A stretch of DNA of 64,000 nucleotides from Podarcis vaucheri (Eukaryota): assembly GCA_965113315.1 (NCBI GenBank), contig OZ220375.1. The stretch is one strand, 5' to 3'. Below are positions 47,386-59,200 of this stretch, piece by piece. The position numbers and the translations under genes were made by a program. Each line of letters starts with the position of its first letter. The stretch's first letter is position 1. Below the pieces are notes generated by a model. It was given only the letters and a program-made list of their open reading frames with translations, searched no databases and was not told the origin of the DNA.

Positions 47386-48425
47386 GCCACTTTTGGTATA
47401 CTTACTTACTTTGCTATGGGTAAAATATATGTGTGTGTGTGAGAGAGACTCTGTGTATTCAAGGGAAGGCGAGAAAATGGGTTGTTTTGGAAATGACAAC
47501 TCACATCCCAGTCCTCTCAAAACCACTTAAGAAGTAACCAAAGAGTTTGGGGTAAGTTCACAAGACCGATTTTAATTCGTACAAGAGAGTCAGCGAGAGA
47601 GAGAACGCTGTAAATTATAATTTAAGGAGATCAGCAGCTATTTATTTCCTCTTTTCAACAAACAGAATTTACTGATAGCGCTTTGGTTTAAGGGAAGGAA
47701 GAGAAGGAAGAATCCCAGGCTAGTAATAAGGAAAGGTCGGCGCAAAGATGTTGTTTAAATTATGCGTAATGAAAACAATTCTAAAGTTAAGGCAACTGTG
47801 CATTTCTGTGTTGAGTTTAAGACTCTCTGCGAGAGAGTGTTTGTACTTGTATGTGAAGGGATATAGTAGTAATATTAATAAGAATATAAAACAGCTCATA
47901 GCATATTAGCTCTGCAGCTCAGAGGGCATTTGTTTCATGTTATGATCACTTCACTTCCTCTCCCAAATGTTTGGTTTATGGACTTGATGGCTGCTAATTC
48001 TCAGCACGGTTACTTGGAAGTAAAGGCCACTGGAATAAATGGGGGGGGGGGTCTTATTGCCAAGTAAACGTGGTCAGGGTCGGAGTGTATAAGACAGGAA
48101 GCAAAGTTTGAGAACATAACAACTGGCTTGTTTTCTTTCTTTCTTTTTCCCCTTTGGGTTGTGTGTTTCCTGTTCAGCCACAGCACCGACTGAAACGAGG
48201 CGATTTTGTACCCTTCCCTCGTAAGGTTGGGGAAGTGTCCTGGTGGAGAACCTGGCAGATGGGCCATACGGGTTGTGAAGACATTTTCTGTGGTGGTGGT
48301 TGTTTTTGTTTTTTTTAAAGTTTGTATTTCGCTTAGGAGTAACTTTAGGGCCGAGATTTTCCATCGCCGTGGTATAAAGAAACACAAAAGATGGTGGGTG
48401 TTTTTTTTTCTGGTCAGGAGAAACG

Positions 48426-48431
48426 TTTATT
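48426..48431 (-). terminator. Probable HOXB5 polyadenylation signal
   Basis: AATAAA about 960 nt after the stop, followed by a GU-rich downstream element (ttttgtgtttct). Confidence 0.55.
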
Positions 48432-49390
48432 TGACTTCAAGTTAAGGCTACAAACGGATACGAAAAGCTTCTTGGCAAAGATGGGAACAGGCAGCTAACA
48501 TGACAAATGCCATTTCAGACACACAGAACACTGAATTCACCCTGCCCACTAAAACTTCCTATTAGTCACTGCAGAAGTATTTCTAGTATTTACAAACATT
48601 TTCAACATACTATGGTTGGTCCAATCGTATACCCTTTTTAAGTGAACTTCACTCACATTTATTTTAAAAAAAAAAGAAGTTTCAGAACTGGCCTAGGATC
48701 AAAACAAGGCCAGGAAATATGAACCAAATCACAGACTTGACAATTCCAAAGACAGAAAGATACATGAGCTTATATATAGATATATTGTAATTTTTTTTTC
48801 TTTTTTTAAAAAAAGTTTGTTGTGGTTGATGTTTTTAATTTTTTTTCCTCTGACACTGAAGTACAGGATAGCCCGACTGGAGAAGAAGGAAAGGAGGAAA
48901 GCTCTCCTCCCAAAGCCTAAACTTTTTAAAGGAGCCATCTTTCCTTCTCCGCAGTGGTTTATAAATAAGTTATAACATTTAAAGAGCACGTTAAAAAACA
49001 AAAAAACAAAAAACATGCTAGCTTTTTCCAGAAAGCGTCATTTATAGCACAGACACAAACATTTAGAACACCTAAAGCATTAAAGAAGCCTCTGGAAATA
49101 ACTTTATTTTATTTACTTTAATTTAGAGGGGGGAAATCGTAGCAAAGGACACAGTCCTGGAATAATAGTACCACCGAAGTTGTTTAATAACAATAATTAT
49201 AATAAATCAACCAACAGCATGCTGAATGGAAAGTGCTTCACTTTACAGTACTCCAAACTTAAAAAAAAGAAGACTGGCTGTTGCTTTTTTTTTAGTTTTA
49301 GTTTTAAACTTTCTCACTTTCTTTCTTTCTTTACTTCTCCCCCCCCCCGCCCCACACTTCTATTTCTTACTATTCCCCCCTTGATATAAT

Positions 49391-49675
<285 letters not shown>

Positions 49676-49959
49676 TCAGCTTTGTCTTTATTACTACTAT
49701 GCCAGAGAGATTATTCGACAAGTTTCCTGCTTAGTTGGAAAAGCTCACCCCAGCTTACTTGCAAAAATCACGCCCCAACCACCTTAGCACCTTCCCTTTA
49801 TTCCCTTCTCCGTGACTTCATTTTGATTCTATAGCTCCGAACCTGAATTCCACCCATTATTTTTTAAAAAAAAATATGTGCCAGTATCCCCACCCCAACC
49901 CCTCCTGCGGGGCATCCTTTTCCTTGACCCTATAGCAAGTTTAGACATTTCCAGAACTC

Positions 49960-50044
49960 CAGCGTCTGCAGGTTTACTCGGGAGTAAACCCCACTGGCTT
50001 CAGTAATGCCTACTTCTAGGGAAGGGGTGGACAGGATGGCAGCC
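49960..50044. mobile_element. MITE family 1 copy in the HOXB5 intron
   Basis: TTTACTCGGGAGTAAACCCCACTGGCTTCAGT...AGGATGGCAGCC. Confidence 0.55.
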
Positions 50045-50962
50045 TGACGCTGACGCTCTAAGCCTTAATAGTATCTCCTTGTCTTTTTCTGCTTATGCTG
50101 TATACCAATATAATCAAAATGGGGAAACATGCACAGGCGAGCAGAGAGGAAGGGAGGCGAGGGACTACCAGTTTGGTCGTACGTTCCCGTGCCTCCCCTT
50201 CGCCCTGGAACTGACTTGCCCACCCCCTTGACACTAGCTAGCTACACTTCGCTGGAAGCAACTTCCACGCTGAAATCCTTGGGGCTTCCTCTCTCCACCC
50301 AAATGCATTTAGCATCGGCGTGTTAAGCGAGTCGATATTCCCTCACCCTTCGAACTCTGCCGCTCAGATCCTCCTTGGCAACGTCCATCCGTTTTTACCG
50401 TGGGGGAGGGGAGGGGGAAAGAGTTTGCCATTATCCCACATTGTCACAACAGACACCATAATGTGGGGTGGCGGCGGCGGCAAGAGGAGATGTTTGACAG
50501 ACCCATCTGTGCCCACGAACAGCACTGTTTTTCTTCTACCCCACAAACCAGTGTACCCGTTCCTTTCCTCCCTACCTTTTCAACTCCTGGTATTTTAAAA
50601 GCCCATTATGACTGCTGCCACGACTACTCTTATTCTCACGTCTCTGAATATTATAATGTGGTTACTTCTAGCACTAGGTCCTGTCACCCAGATACCATGC
50701 TATGTCTGCGTTATTTTATTTTATTTTTTCAAGAGGGAAACATTTTCAGAAAACCTCTCCTAAATCAGACTTTCCCTCCCTTTTAAATTAAATTAATTAA
50801 AAAAAAATAACTAAAGGCACTTTCTGATGGGAAGCAGAAAGGGAAGCCATAAAAAGACACACCGAGGCTGTCTTCCCAGGCGATTGTGCTCCATTTCCAC
50901 CTCCCATCCCCCATTCCCTGTCTGCCCTGCCAATAACATATTTCATATATATTCCTATATAT

Positions 50963-50964
<2 letters not shown>

Positions 50965-50998
<34 letters not shown>
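50965..50998. repeat. (GA)n microsatellite at the 5' end of the HOXB5 intron
   Basis: Directly visible. Confidence 0.9.
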
Positions 50999-51000
<2 letters not shown>

Positions 51001-51041
51001 AGATAGATAGAAAGATGCAAATTTTTAAAAGGAGCATGTAC

Positions 51042-51690
51042 CATGGCTAATATGAAGTTTTCGCATCCAGGGGAATATCTGTGGGCTCTGTCCTTCTGTG
51101 GCTGGCGTGGACGTGGCGATGGGCTCTGCCTGAGCTCTGACGCCGTTGCTGTTGACTTGGGAGCCGCTCTCTTCAGTTCCCGAGGACGCGCTGGTTTCGT
51201 CTATCTCTGTGAAACTGGTGGCGTTGGCCGTGCCGACCGAGGCTGCCTGGTCGGCTGGGGAAGAAGAGGCTGCTTTGCCTCCATGGCTCTCGCCGTTGCT
51301 GCTGCCGCTGCCGCCGCCGCCTCCGCCGCCGCCGCCGTTGTTGTTGTTGTTGTTGTTGCTGGTGCTGCTGCTGGTGCTGGTGCAAGGGAGGGACTCGGGA
51401 GAGGACAAGGAGCAGCTCGACGCCTGTCTGAACCTGCTCTCCGGCGCGGCTTGGGCAGGGAAGGCGCGGGAGCTCTCCCCAACCGTTGCAAAGTGGCTGG
51501 AGGAGGACGTTGAACGGCTGATGCTCAGATCCATCCCATTGTAGTTGTATCCACCATAAGAGCCGGCGTGCATGTTGCCTGGATCTCTATAAGATCCGTT
51601 CATGGAACTGCCGGTCCCATAATTTAACAGCTGATAGTCTGGGGCATTAGGATAGCGTCCTGAGAACGAGTTTACAAAGTAAGAACTCAT
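51042..51690 (-). CDS. HOXB5: Homeobox protein Hox-B5, coding exon 1 (649 nt, phase 1)
   Basis: ATG at 51690 gives MSSYFVNSFSGRYPNAPDYQLLNYG... and the hexapeptide IFPWMRKLHISH. Donor G|GTACAT at 51041. Confidence 0.96.
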
Positions 51691-51739
51691 TTGGGTTGTA
51701 TTTTGGAGGGCTTGATTTGTGGGGCTCGTGGTCGTTATA

Positions 51740-51950
51740 ACCCCTGTGCTTGAGGATTTATGATGTATTAATGAATTATAGCGATGCACTGTACTTCGTT
51801 TTTGCTATGTATGCGGCCAAATATGGGGGTGGGGTGGGGGGTGCGTTTGGGAATCACGTGCTTTTGTTGACCAGTCGTAAATTCTCACTGATGACCTCAA
51901 GAGGCAATTCATGCTCTATGGTTACAAATAATGACGATCCGAGAATCGTT
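51740..51950 (-). promoter_or_regulatory. HOXB5 proximal promoter / conserved leader block
   Basis: E-box CACGTG at 51855-51860, TTTACGA, and the cluster TATAATTCATTAATACATCATAAA directly upstream of the ATG. Confidence 0.6.
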
Positions 51951-52038
51951 AGGCCCATGTCAATGCGCGGCTTCCAAAAGGGGGAGGAAAGAAGGGGGGA
52001 GGAATCAGAAAGCAGAGGTGGCTCCTTGTTGGCGGACT

Positions 52039-52052
52039 GCGCCACCTACTGG
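52039..52052 (-). promoter_or_regulatory. CTCF core motif between HOXB5 and HOXB6
   Basis: CCAGTAGGTGGCGC is a full match to the CCRSYAGRKGGCRS consensus. Confidence 0.7.
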
Positions 52053-52872
52053 GCAAAGGAAGAGTTAGCCGGCATGGAGGATAAGCTCGCCCAGGTTTGT
52101 AAAAAAATAAATAAAAGAAAGAGTAACGCGCTCTGATTCCGTGCCCACCTTTTACAGAAATAAAATACTTCAATCGCTACACTCCCCAAAAGTGTCCTTT
52201 CGGAATCTTTATTTCTCTTTTTAAATCTTGTTATTTCTGAAGGTAACATTTCCCCCTAATACAGCCCCGTTTGCCTCCTTCCACGCTGGTGCGCTTTTGT
52301 GTATTAAAACATTGCTATTATTATGACTACTGGTGGTAATTGCTGCTGTGATAATAAATTATAACCCCAATGCCTTTATTGTGTTGGTGTCAGAAAAGGT
52401 GCCGCACCAGAGAGTCCATCCTAATTTAAACTCAAACGCCTGCTCCTCTTTTTCCGTTCCGCCTTTCCCTCCCTGCTTTCTTCCCATTATATGCATGTTT
52501 ACTCAGAAGTAAGCCCCTCTAGGTTCTGTGGAGCTTGCCTCCAGGTAAGTGTGCATAGCACTGCAGTCTAATCCTACCTGAAGAATACGTGCCTCTCAAA
52601 ACCAGCACCTACCTGTGCTAATAACTGAGCGCTTTTCACTTATTTGCACTGCACTTGGTTCACATAATCAGGAGTACTGCTGTTGCTGTTGTTGCTGCTA
52701 TTATTATTACTACATCTCAGTACCTTTGCTGCCTAGATATTAGAAAGGAAAGACTATCCCCTTTAAAAATTAGGGAGTTCTGTGTATTTATTCATATAAC
52801 TGGTGATATCCTGAGTGACATATATCGCCCACAACATGAACAGTTACAATAGAATGCTGTCCCCACTTAAAA

Positions 52873-52960
52873 GGGCAATCCTATTCATACCTACACAGAA
52901 AGAAGTCCCATTGTATTCAGTAGGGCTTACTCTCAGGTAAGTGGGTGTCGGACTACAGCC
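52873..52960. mobile_element. MITE family 1 copy (second copy at about 52489-52568)
   Basis: GCAATCCTAT...GTCCCATTGTATTCAGTAGGGCTTACTCTCAGGTAAG...CAGCC|TAA. Confidence 0.65.
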
Positions 52961-54395
52961 TAAAAATTGGAAACCAACGTTTGGTCTGAAGTGAAAAATG
53001 CAAAAATAAATAAATAAATGGCCCAGATTTATGAAAGCCTTTGCTTTCTCCAGCATTTCCGAAATGTTTTTCCCCCTCTCTTTGTTTTTTTCTCGAAGAA
53101 CCGCTCAGGAATTTCGAGAAGTCAGCCTGGAACCCATTGGAAATTATGAGCCATATTCAAAGTGACATATAATTATAATAATTACGGCCAATGAAAAGAG
53201 TAGCAATAAGGATAAGTGTCCTGCAGCTGCGAGGCTTCTGCTGGAATTGATTTTTTTAAATGTCTGCCATTAATACCATAATTTGGGGAGGGGAGGGTTT
53301 GAGGTGTTGAGGTACCTGTGAATTTGGGGTGGCCAAAGCTGTAAGATAATAATCCACGATCCTTTATTTTTTTTGGAGGGGGGGTTTAAACAAAATAAGG
53401 AAACTTGGTTGCAGAATAACAGCAAGTCAGAAAGAGTTGCAGACCGCTTGCTTCCACAGAACGAGAGAGACAATGACAATTAGCGAAAAGCTGCCTTTCA
53501 AAGCTTCCCTAAGTAATCCTGGAGCTCTCTGGAAACTGTTCTTTGTCTAACCATGGCAAGCATGGCGCCATGCAATAAAATAATATAAAGAAATGTTGGA
53601 AGGAGGCACATGGGGTGGGCAGAGAGAGGTGTACGGTTATATATATATATATATATATATGTTGCTTGAAAGAGATTAGCGGTATTCCAATCATTCGTTA
53701 AGTTTCCTGCTGGTATATCCCTTTCAGCTTCGTGCACACAAAAAAGTGCGAACTGCTTGTGGTTCCACCTTTTTAATATAATTTTTGAGTTCTATGTAAG
53801 TCGTAGTTGTGGGGTGTTTGAGCAGGCGGTGGCGGGAGAACGAGCTGAAAGGAAGTGGGCCAAATGTTTGAGGGCGGCTATACAAATGTTAGATATCTTC
53901 TAGCAGATGTATGATTGGGGAGGGGGCACAGTTATGCCTGCTCCCTTGATTTATTATATATGCGGCGAGCTCCCCCCCCTTCATAACTCTTTTGTGCTGT
54001 AACAATAAAATATATCCATATTAAAGTTAAATGTCAACTCCAAGATATTCTTGGTGAAAAGGTCTTTCATTTAAGATTAGGCTGAGGAGTATTGGAAGTG
54101 GGAGGTGTGAGGAGCCGAATCTATCTTTCAGCGCTAACTTCTGTAAAGCTTTAAAAAATTGCTTGGCTGTTCAGGTTAGGGGAGAGAACTTCTATCAAGC
54201 AGCGGGGCTTTTTATTGTTCCCTTTCCCCCCTAACAAGCCCACAGCTTCTGTAGGTAGACCAATTCCTCAGGAAAGAAGTATCTCTCTGTGTGTTTTTGT
54301 GTGTGTGTATATATGTGAGTGTGGAGAGGGGAGGAGGACGCACACCCTAAAAATAGGAACGTGCCAAGTGTTTTTCTCAACATGTTTGATTGCTG

Positions 54396-54401
54396 TTTAT
54401 T
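54396..54401 (-). terminator. Probable HOXB6 polyadenylation signal
   Basis: AATAAA about 665 nt after the stop, preceded by a U/GU-rich stretch containing TGTA. Confidence 0.55.
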
Positions 54402-55064
54402 AGAGAACTTCCATCTCCATAACTAACACAAACTACAAACACAACACTGTACAAAAAGTGTAATAAATTAAAACAAACAAAAACACCCCTCCTATTTTTT
54501 TTTATTTCACCATATTTTTAGGTAGCAATTGTTCCTTTTCAATAGATCTTTTCTTAAAAAAAAAAAGCAACAGCAACCCTTAAATGTCAAAGAACCTAGT
54601 TTAACTCTTTTCCTTTTTAAAAAAGCAACATAGAAGTAAAATCGTGCATGAGACTTTTGTTTTACAAAATGAAGACAATCAACAACCCCAAAAATCTGAC
54701 ACATATATTGCAGCACCTCCATTTAAATACAAGAGTTAGCAAGAATCCTAAGAAGGACACCCTAAAAAAAAAATCCGTTTGTGGTACGGGGGCGGGGAAG
54801 AGGAAGGGCCAATAGAAAGAACAGGGAAATAAACTGGACTAGAATCTTGATTATGACACGACAGATTACTGGATGCGAGAGAGGGTGCATGAGGAAGATG
54901 GGCCAACACCTCCATACAGTCTCGGGTATTTTTCAAAAAAAAAAAAAAAATAATATGTGTGTCTCCGCTGTGCCTTTTATTTTTGCCCTTTTGGGAGCCC
55001 CTCACAACCGTTGGCATTTTCGCTGTCTTCCTTCTCTCTCCCTCCTTCTTCTGCAATCTCTCTC

Positions 55065-55403
<339 letters not shown>

Positions 55404-55998
55404 CTACTAGGCTAACCAGTTTGTGTGTGTGCGTTGCGTAAGAGAGAGGGAGAGAAGGTGTTCTCTTCACTTCCCCTCTCCTTGTGCCCCCCCCCCACCG
55501 TATCCCAGTCCTCCAATCTCTCCCATCGAAAGGCCCTCATTGTACACGTAAACTTCCAGAAGGATAGGAAATTAAAGGAATGAAGGAATGAAGATGCGTA
55601 CAAGAAAACAGAAACTCAGTTTGGGTTGCCTTCACTTGATGCTTTCGAAAGGTCTTCCAAAATAACCCTGCACTTCATTTGGGTTGTAGTTGTGTGGGGA
55701 CATTGCCCCCATGCATAAGCATGTTCTCTGGAGAGGCCCAACCCTCCTCCCAAAAGGCTGAGCTTCAAAACTTGCAGCCTGGCCAATCAACATATGCAAT
55801 CCTTTCAAAAGAAAATAATGATGATAAACACCTCGAAGAAGAGATCTGTGTAACTCGAAAGCTTGCCGTTCCTGTTCTATGGAGCTTAGCTCCTCCAGCA
55901 GTAAAGGTCCACCCACCCTTCCCCCACCCACCCACCCTTGCGCTTCCCTGCCTTGTGGACTCTAGTGCCCCCACTGAGCGGAGTTCACGGAGGGCTAA

Positions 55999-56085
55999 GG
56001 CTGCGGTCCTATGCATACTGCCTTGGGAGTAAACCCCAGTGGGCTCCGCGAGATTTTACTTTTGGAATAATGCTGTTTGGGAGCG
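55999..56085. mobile_element. MITE family 1 copy in the HOXB6 intron
   Basis: TAA|GGCTGCGGTCCTATGCATAC...GGGAGTAAACCCCAGTGGG. Confidence 0.55.
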
Positions 56086-57486
56086 GAACGCGTTGCTCTT
56101 AGAGCTTGTGGTCCCCCAAAGCCAACTTAAAAGCTTGGAAGGAAAACCCTACCGAAGAGAAGCAGTAAGACTTTCTGGAAAGTAAATGAGCTCAGGATCG
56201 AGGTGCCACTGGGAAGTAATGGCGCATAGAAATCAATGAGACTTAGCTTCCCAGCTAATGTGTTTTTAGGGTCGCAGTGGAAAGGCTTGCAGGATTCTGT
56301 CCTGAGAGAGTTGCTAAGGCGTTTGCCTCCCCTTTATGCACTTATTTCCGGACAGAATTCATGGGAGATCATGAATTCCCTTTCTACCCTTACTTCAGTT
56401 TACTTCTGGGGCAGTTCCTTTCTGTTATGTAAAACTTGCAAGGTACTGGGTCCCTCCTCCTCCTCTCCTCTCCCCTTCTCTTCTGTTTTCCCTCCCCACC
56501 CCCCACCCGGCGTATTTTATCGGTAACTGGAATAGATTCCAGAGTTTCAGCAATAAGGTAAGTTTATTGATTCCCCCCTCCCCGCCCAGCATCAGCCCAC
56601 TCCGGAATTTTTGAGATCGACAACGTATAATACGTGTAAACACAGAGAAGGGAGGAGGAAAGGCTGCTGTTTCCACCTCATTTTCAAGAATGTGTTTTCA
56701 TGGAAAATCTAGCACCTGGAGGGCCATGGTCGATCACAGAAGAAGGGGTGGGGGTGGGGAAGAGAGAGAGAGAGAGTATGGGAATGAGTGAGTGAGTGAG
56801 TGAGTGAAAGAGAAACTATCCGCAACTCCTCTCCAGACAGGCATTTCATTATGTGCGAGTTTCATTAAAAATGTAGCTCCCTCCTTTCAAATATTTAAGC
56901 CCTTCCGACATTATTCAACTGGCTGAGTTATAGAAATACACTCTCTGGGATATGAATTGGCCAAGGTGTGTGTGTGTGTGTGGGGGAGATATGAGAAGGG
57001 GGCTAAAACCAAGTCCATTAAATTCAATTGGGGGGGGGACTTCAGTGTGATATGGATTGCATCGTGTGTGTGTGTGTAAGTACACAAGACACGTCTCTAA
57101 ATCACTCCTCCTGAGTGACAGCTAACATTGCCTTCCACAAGACAGAGCCGGTCAATCAATAATCTCCGTACCTCCCCAGATAACAGAAAGTTGGCTAAAG
57201 AAACGAACTCACTGAAAGGATCCTCGTGCAAAGAATATATATGTATACACACTCGCGCACACACTCACATACACTCAAACCTTCGTTATGGAAGTTATGA
57301 TCTAAGTAGGATAAAAGTTTGAGGAAAGTTTCTGCTTCCCGTTGTCTGGAAGCTGAGACGAGAAGGGCAGCGTTTCCTGTTCAGATAGAGATGAGGTGAA
57401 AGGGAACCCTCCCTACCTATCTATCCGTCTGTCTGTCTGTCTGTCTGATCATCCTTACAGAGAACATAGAGAAAAGAGGAACTTAC

Positions 57487-57907
57487 TGTTGCAGGAGTTC
57501 ATCCTCTGCATCCAGGGGTACACCGGCGTGGAGCACTTCTGATCTTCGCTCTCCCCGAAAGCGTGTTTGTTCTGGGAGCAATCTGACTTCCGGACTTGCT
57601 CCTGGCCGAACGGAACAGGGTCCTCTAAACTCGAAAGAGAACAGGCTGTCTCTTTCTCTCTGTAAAAACCAGATGTCCCGTAATCGCAGGCTGGGCTCCG
57701 GTTGTAAGCTCCGTTGGCTTGCTGGTAGTAAGGCGCTCCCGGGTAACCTTTATCCGGGACCCCCCCACCCCCAGTTCCATAAGTGGCAGGGTAGTGCCTT
57801 AAAGGGTCCGCATACCCCGTGGAATATAAGGGGAGCTGTCCCAGAAACGGTTCTTGACCCCCGGCTAAGCTCACCGGAAAAGTAGAGTTGACAAAATAAG
57901 AACTCAT
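57487..57907 (-). CDS. HOXB6: Homeobox protein Hox-B6, coding exon 1 (421 nt, phase 1)
   Basis: ATG at 57907 gives MSSYFVNSTFPVSLAGGQEPFLGQLPLYS... and the hexapeptide VYPWMQRMNSCN. Donor A|GTAAGT at 57486. Confidence 0.96.
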
Positions 57908-57911
57908 TGGA

Positions 57912-57953
<42 letters not shown>
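57912..57953. repeat. (AAT)14 microsatellite in the HOXB6 5' leader
   Basis: 42-nt perfect tract ending 4 nt before the ATG. Confidence 0.95.
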
Positions 57954-57954
<1 letters not shown>

Positions 57955-57984
57955 CAGAGGAACAGCGTCTGTTCTTTCCCTTGG

Positions 57985-58135
57985 TCTTTATGATTTGTTG
58001 CGTTTTATAGTCCAAGCGGTTTAGCTATTAGCAGTATATGGGAGATTGGGTTTTAGCTGAAGGGGGATGGCCGCGTGCCAACCAGGGACATAAGGAAAGA
58101 GAACCATCTGATCACGCGCTGACCAATAGCAGAAG
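57985..58135 (-). promoter_or_regulatory. HOXB6 proximal promoter / leader block
   Basis: GGACTATAAAACGCAACAAATCATAAA motif (58013-57987) and a CCAAT box near 58123. Confidence 0.55.
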
Positions 58136-59186
58136 TCGAAGACTGCGAAATCGCACCCTAGAGGGGCTAGCTTTGCACAGGGGACCCCCCTAGAACAAAC
58201 CAGCGAAAGCATCTCTGCCACCAACACCATCACTTTTGAACAACAGATACGCGCGCCCCCTCCGCCCCCACATAACACAGATAGACACCCTCCCTCTTAA
58301 CCACATACTAATGATGGGGGGGGGAGGAAGAGATAAATCGATTTTAAAAATTGGACTTTCCTTTGGCTGTTGTTTTCTTTTTCTTTTAAAGAAGAAAATA
58401 AATAAATAAATGCAGGAGGAGGAGGAGGAAGAGGGTGGAAAGACAAGAAGAATAAAACAAATGAGAACTGATTCTATCATTGCTGCTGTCGTGGACACGA
58501 GGGAAAAGGAAATAAAAAAAGGAATTCGTTTCATCTGGAAAAGTTTGGTAATTTCCAGCGTGTTTTGGTTGGGGGAAGAGGTTATTATCCCCCACCCCAC
58601 CCACCCTTTGGGTTTTTACAGGAATATGGCGGGGAGGGGGAGGGGAGCTATAAATTAATACAGAAGCATATGTACGAAGAAGAGGAACGCTAGATTAAAA
58701 AGTTCGACCGATCTTGGTATACTTTTGGAGAGGGTTATAGGGCTGTTCATTATGGAGCGTCTTAAAAAAATAAGAACTTTAAGCCACCTCCTGGGGACGG
58801 ATGGAGAAAAATGGTTTCGTGTCTCCCTCCATAAAGGATCCTAATGAATTGAATGGCTTGTGTGTGTGAGAGAGAGAAAGACTGTGTGTGTTTACACACT
58901 CACACTCGTATTTTGTCACGAGGGTCCTAATCAAACCCTGTACTTTTAAGTTCCTGCGGTACCTTTATATAAAGTCCGGCAGATGAATGGGTGGGAATGG
59001 AGCTGAGCTAGAACGATATTCCCGCATATCTCTCAAGAACGGTGCCCTCTTGCGTTTTTGTGGTTAAGGCCGGGTCTTTGGACAGCTTAGAGTTAAGGGC
59101 AGCGGTTGGTCTGACGGCCAACAACACTCCTTATTGATCACCAGGCATCGGGGAGAAAAATATTTAAGGCAGCTGGGAATGGTCAT

Positions 59187-59200
59187 CTGCTAGATGGTGC
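59187..59200 (+). promoter_or_regulatory. CTCF-like motif upstream of HOXB6
   Basis: CTGCTAGATGGTGC matches 12/14 consensus positions. Confidence 0.4.

Noticed and set aside
51043-51544. Antisense and alternate-frame ORFs over HOXB5 exon 1 (poly-Ala/Val, poly-Pro/Leu, poly-Gln/Arg)
   Set aside because: Shadows of the GC-rich trinucleotide repeat in the HOXB5 CDS, with no independent coding evidence.
51691-51789. N-terminal extension of HOXB5 in the ORF track
   Set aside because: Starts at GTG. The conserved protein start is MSSYFVN at 51690.
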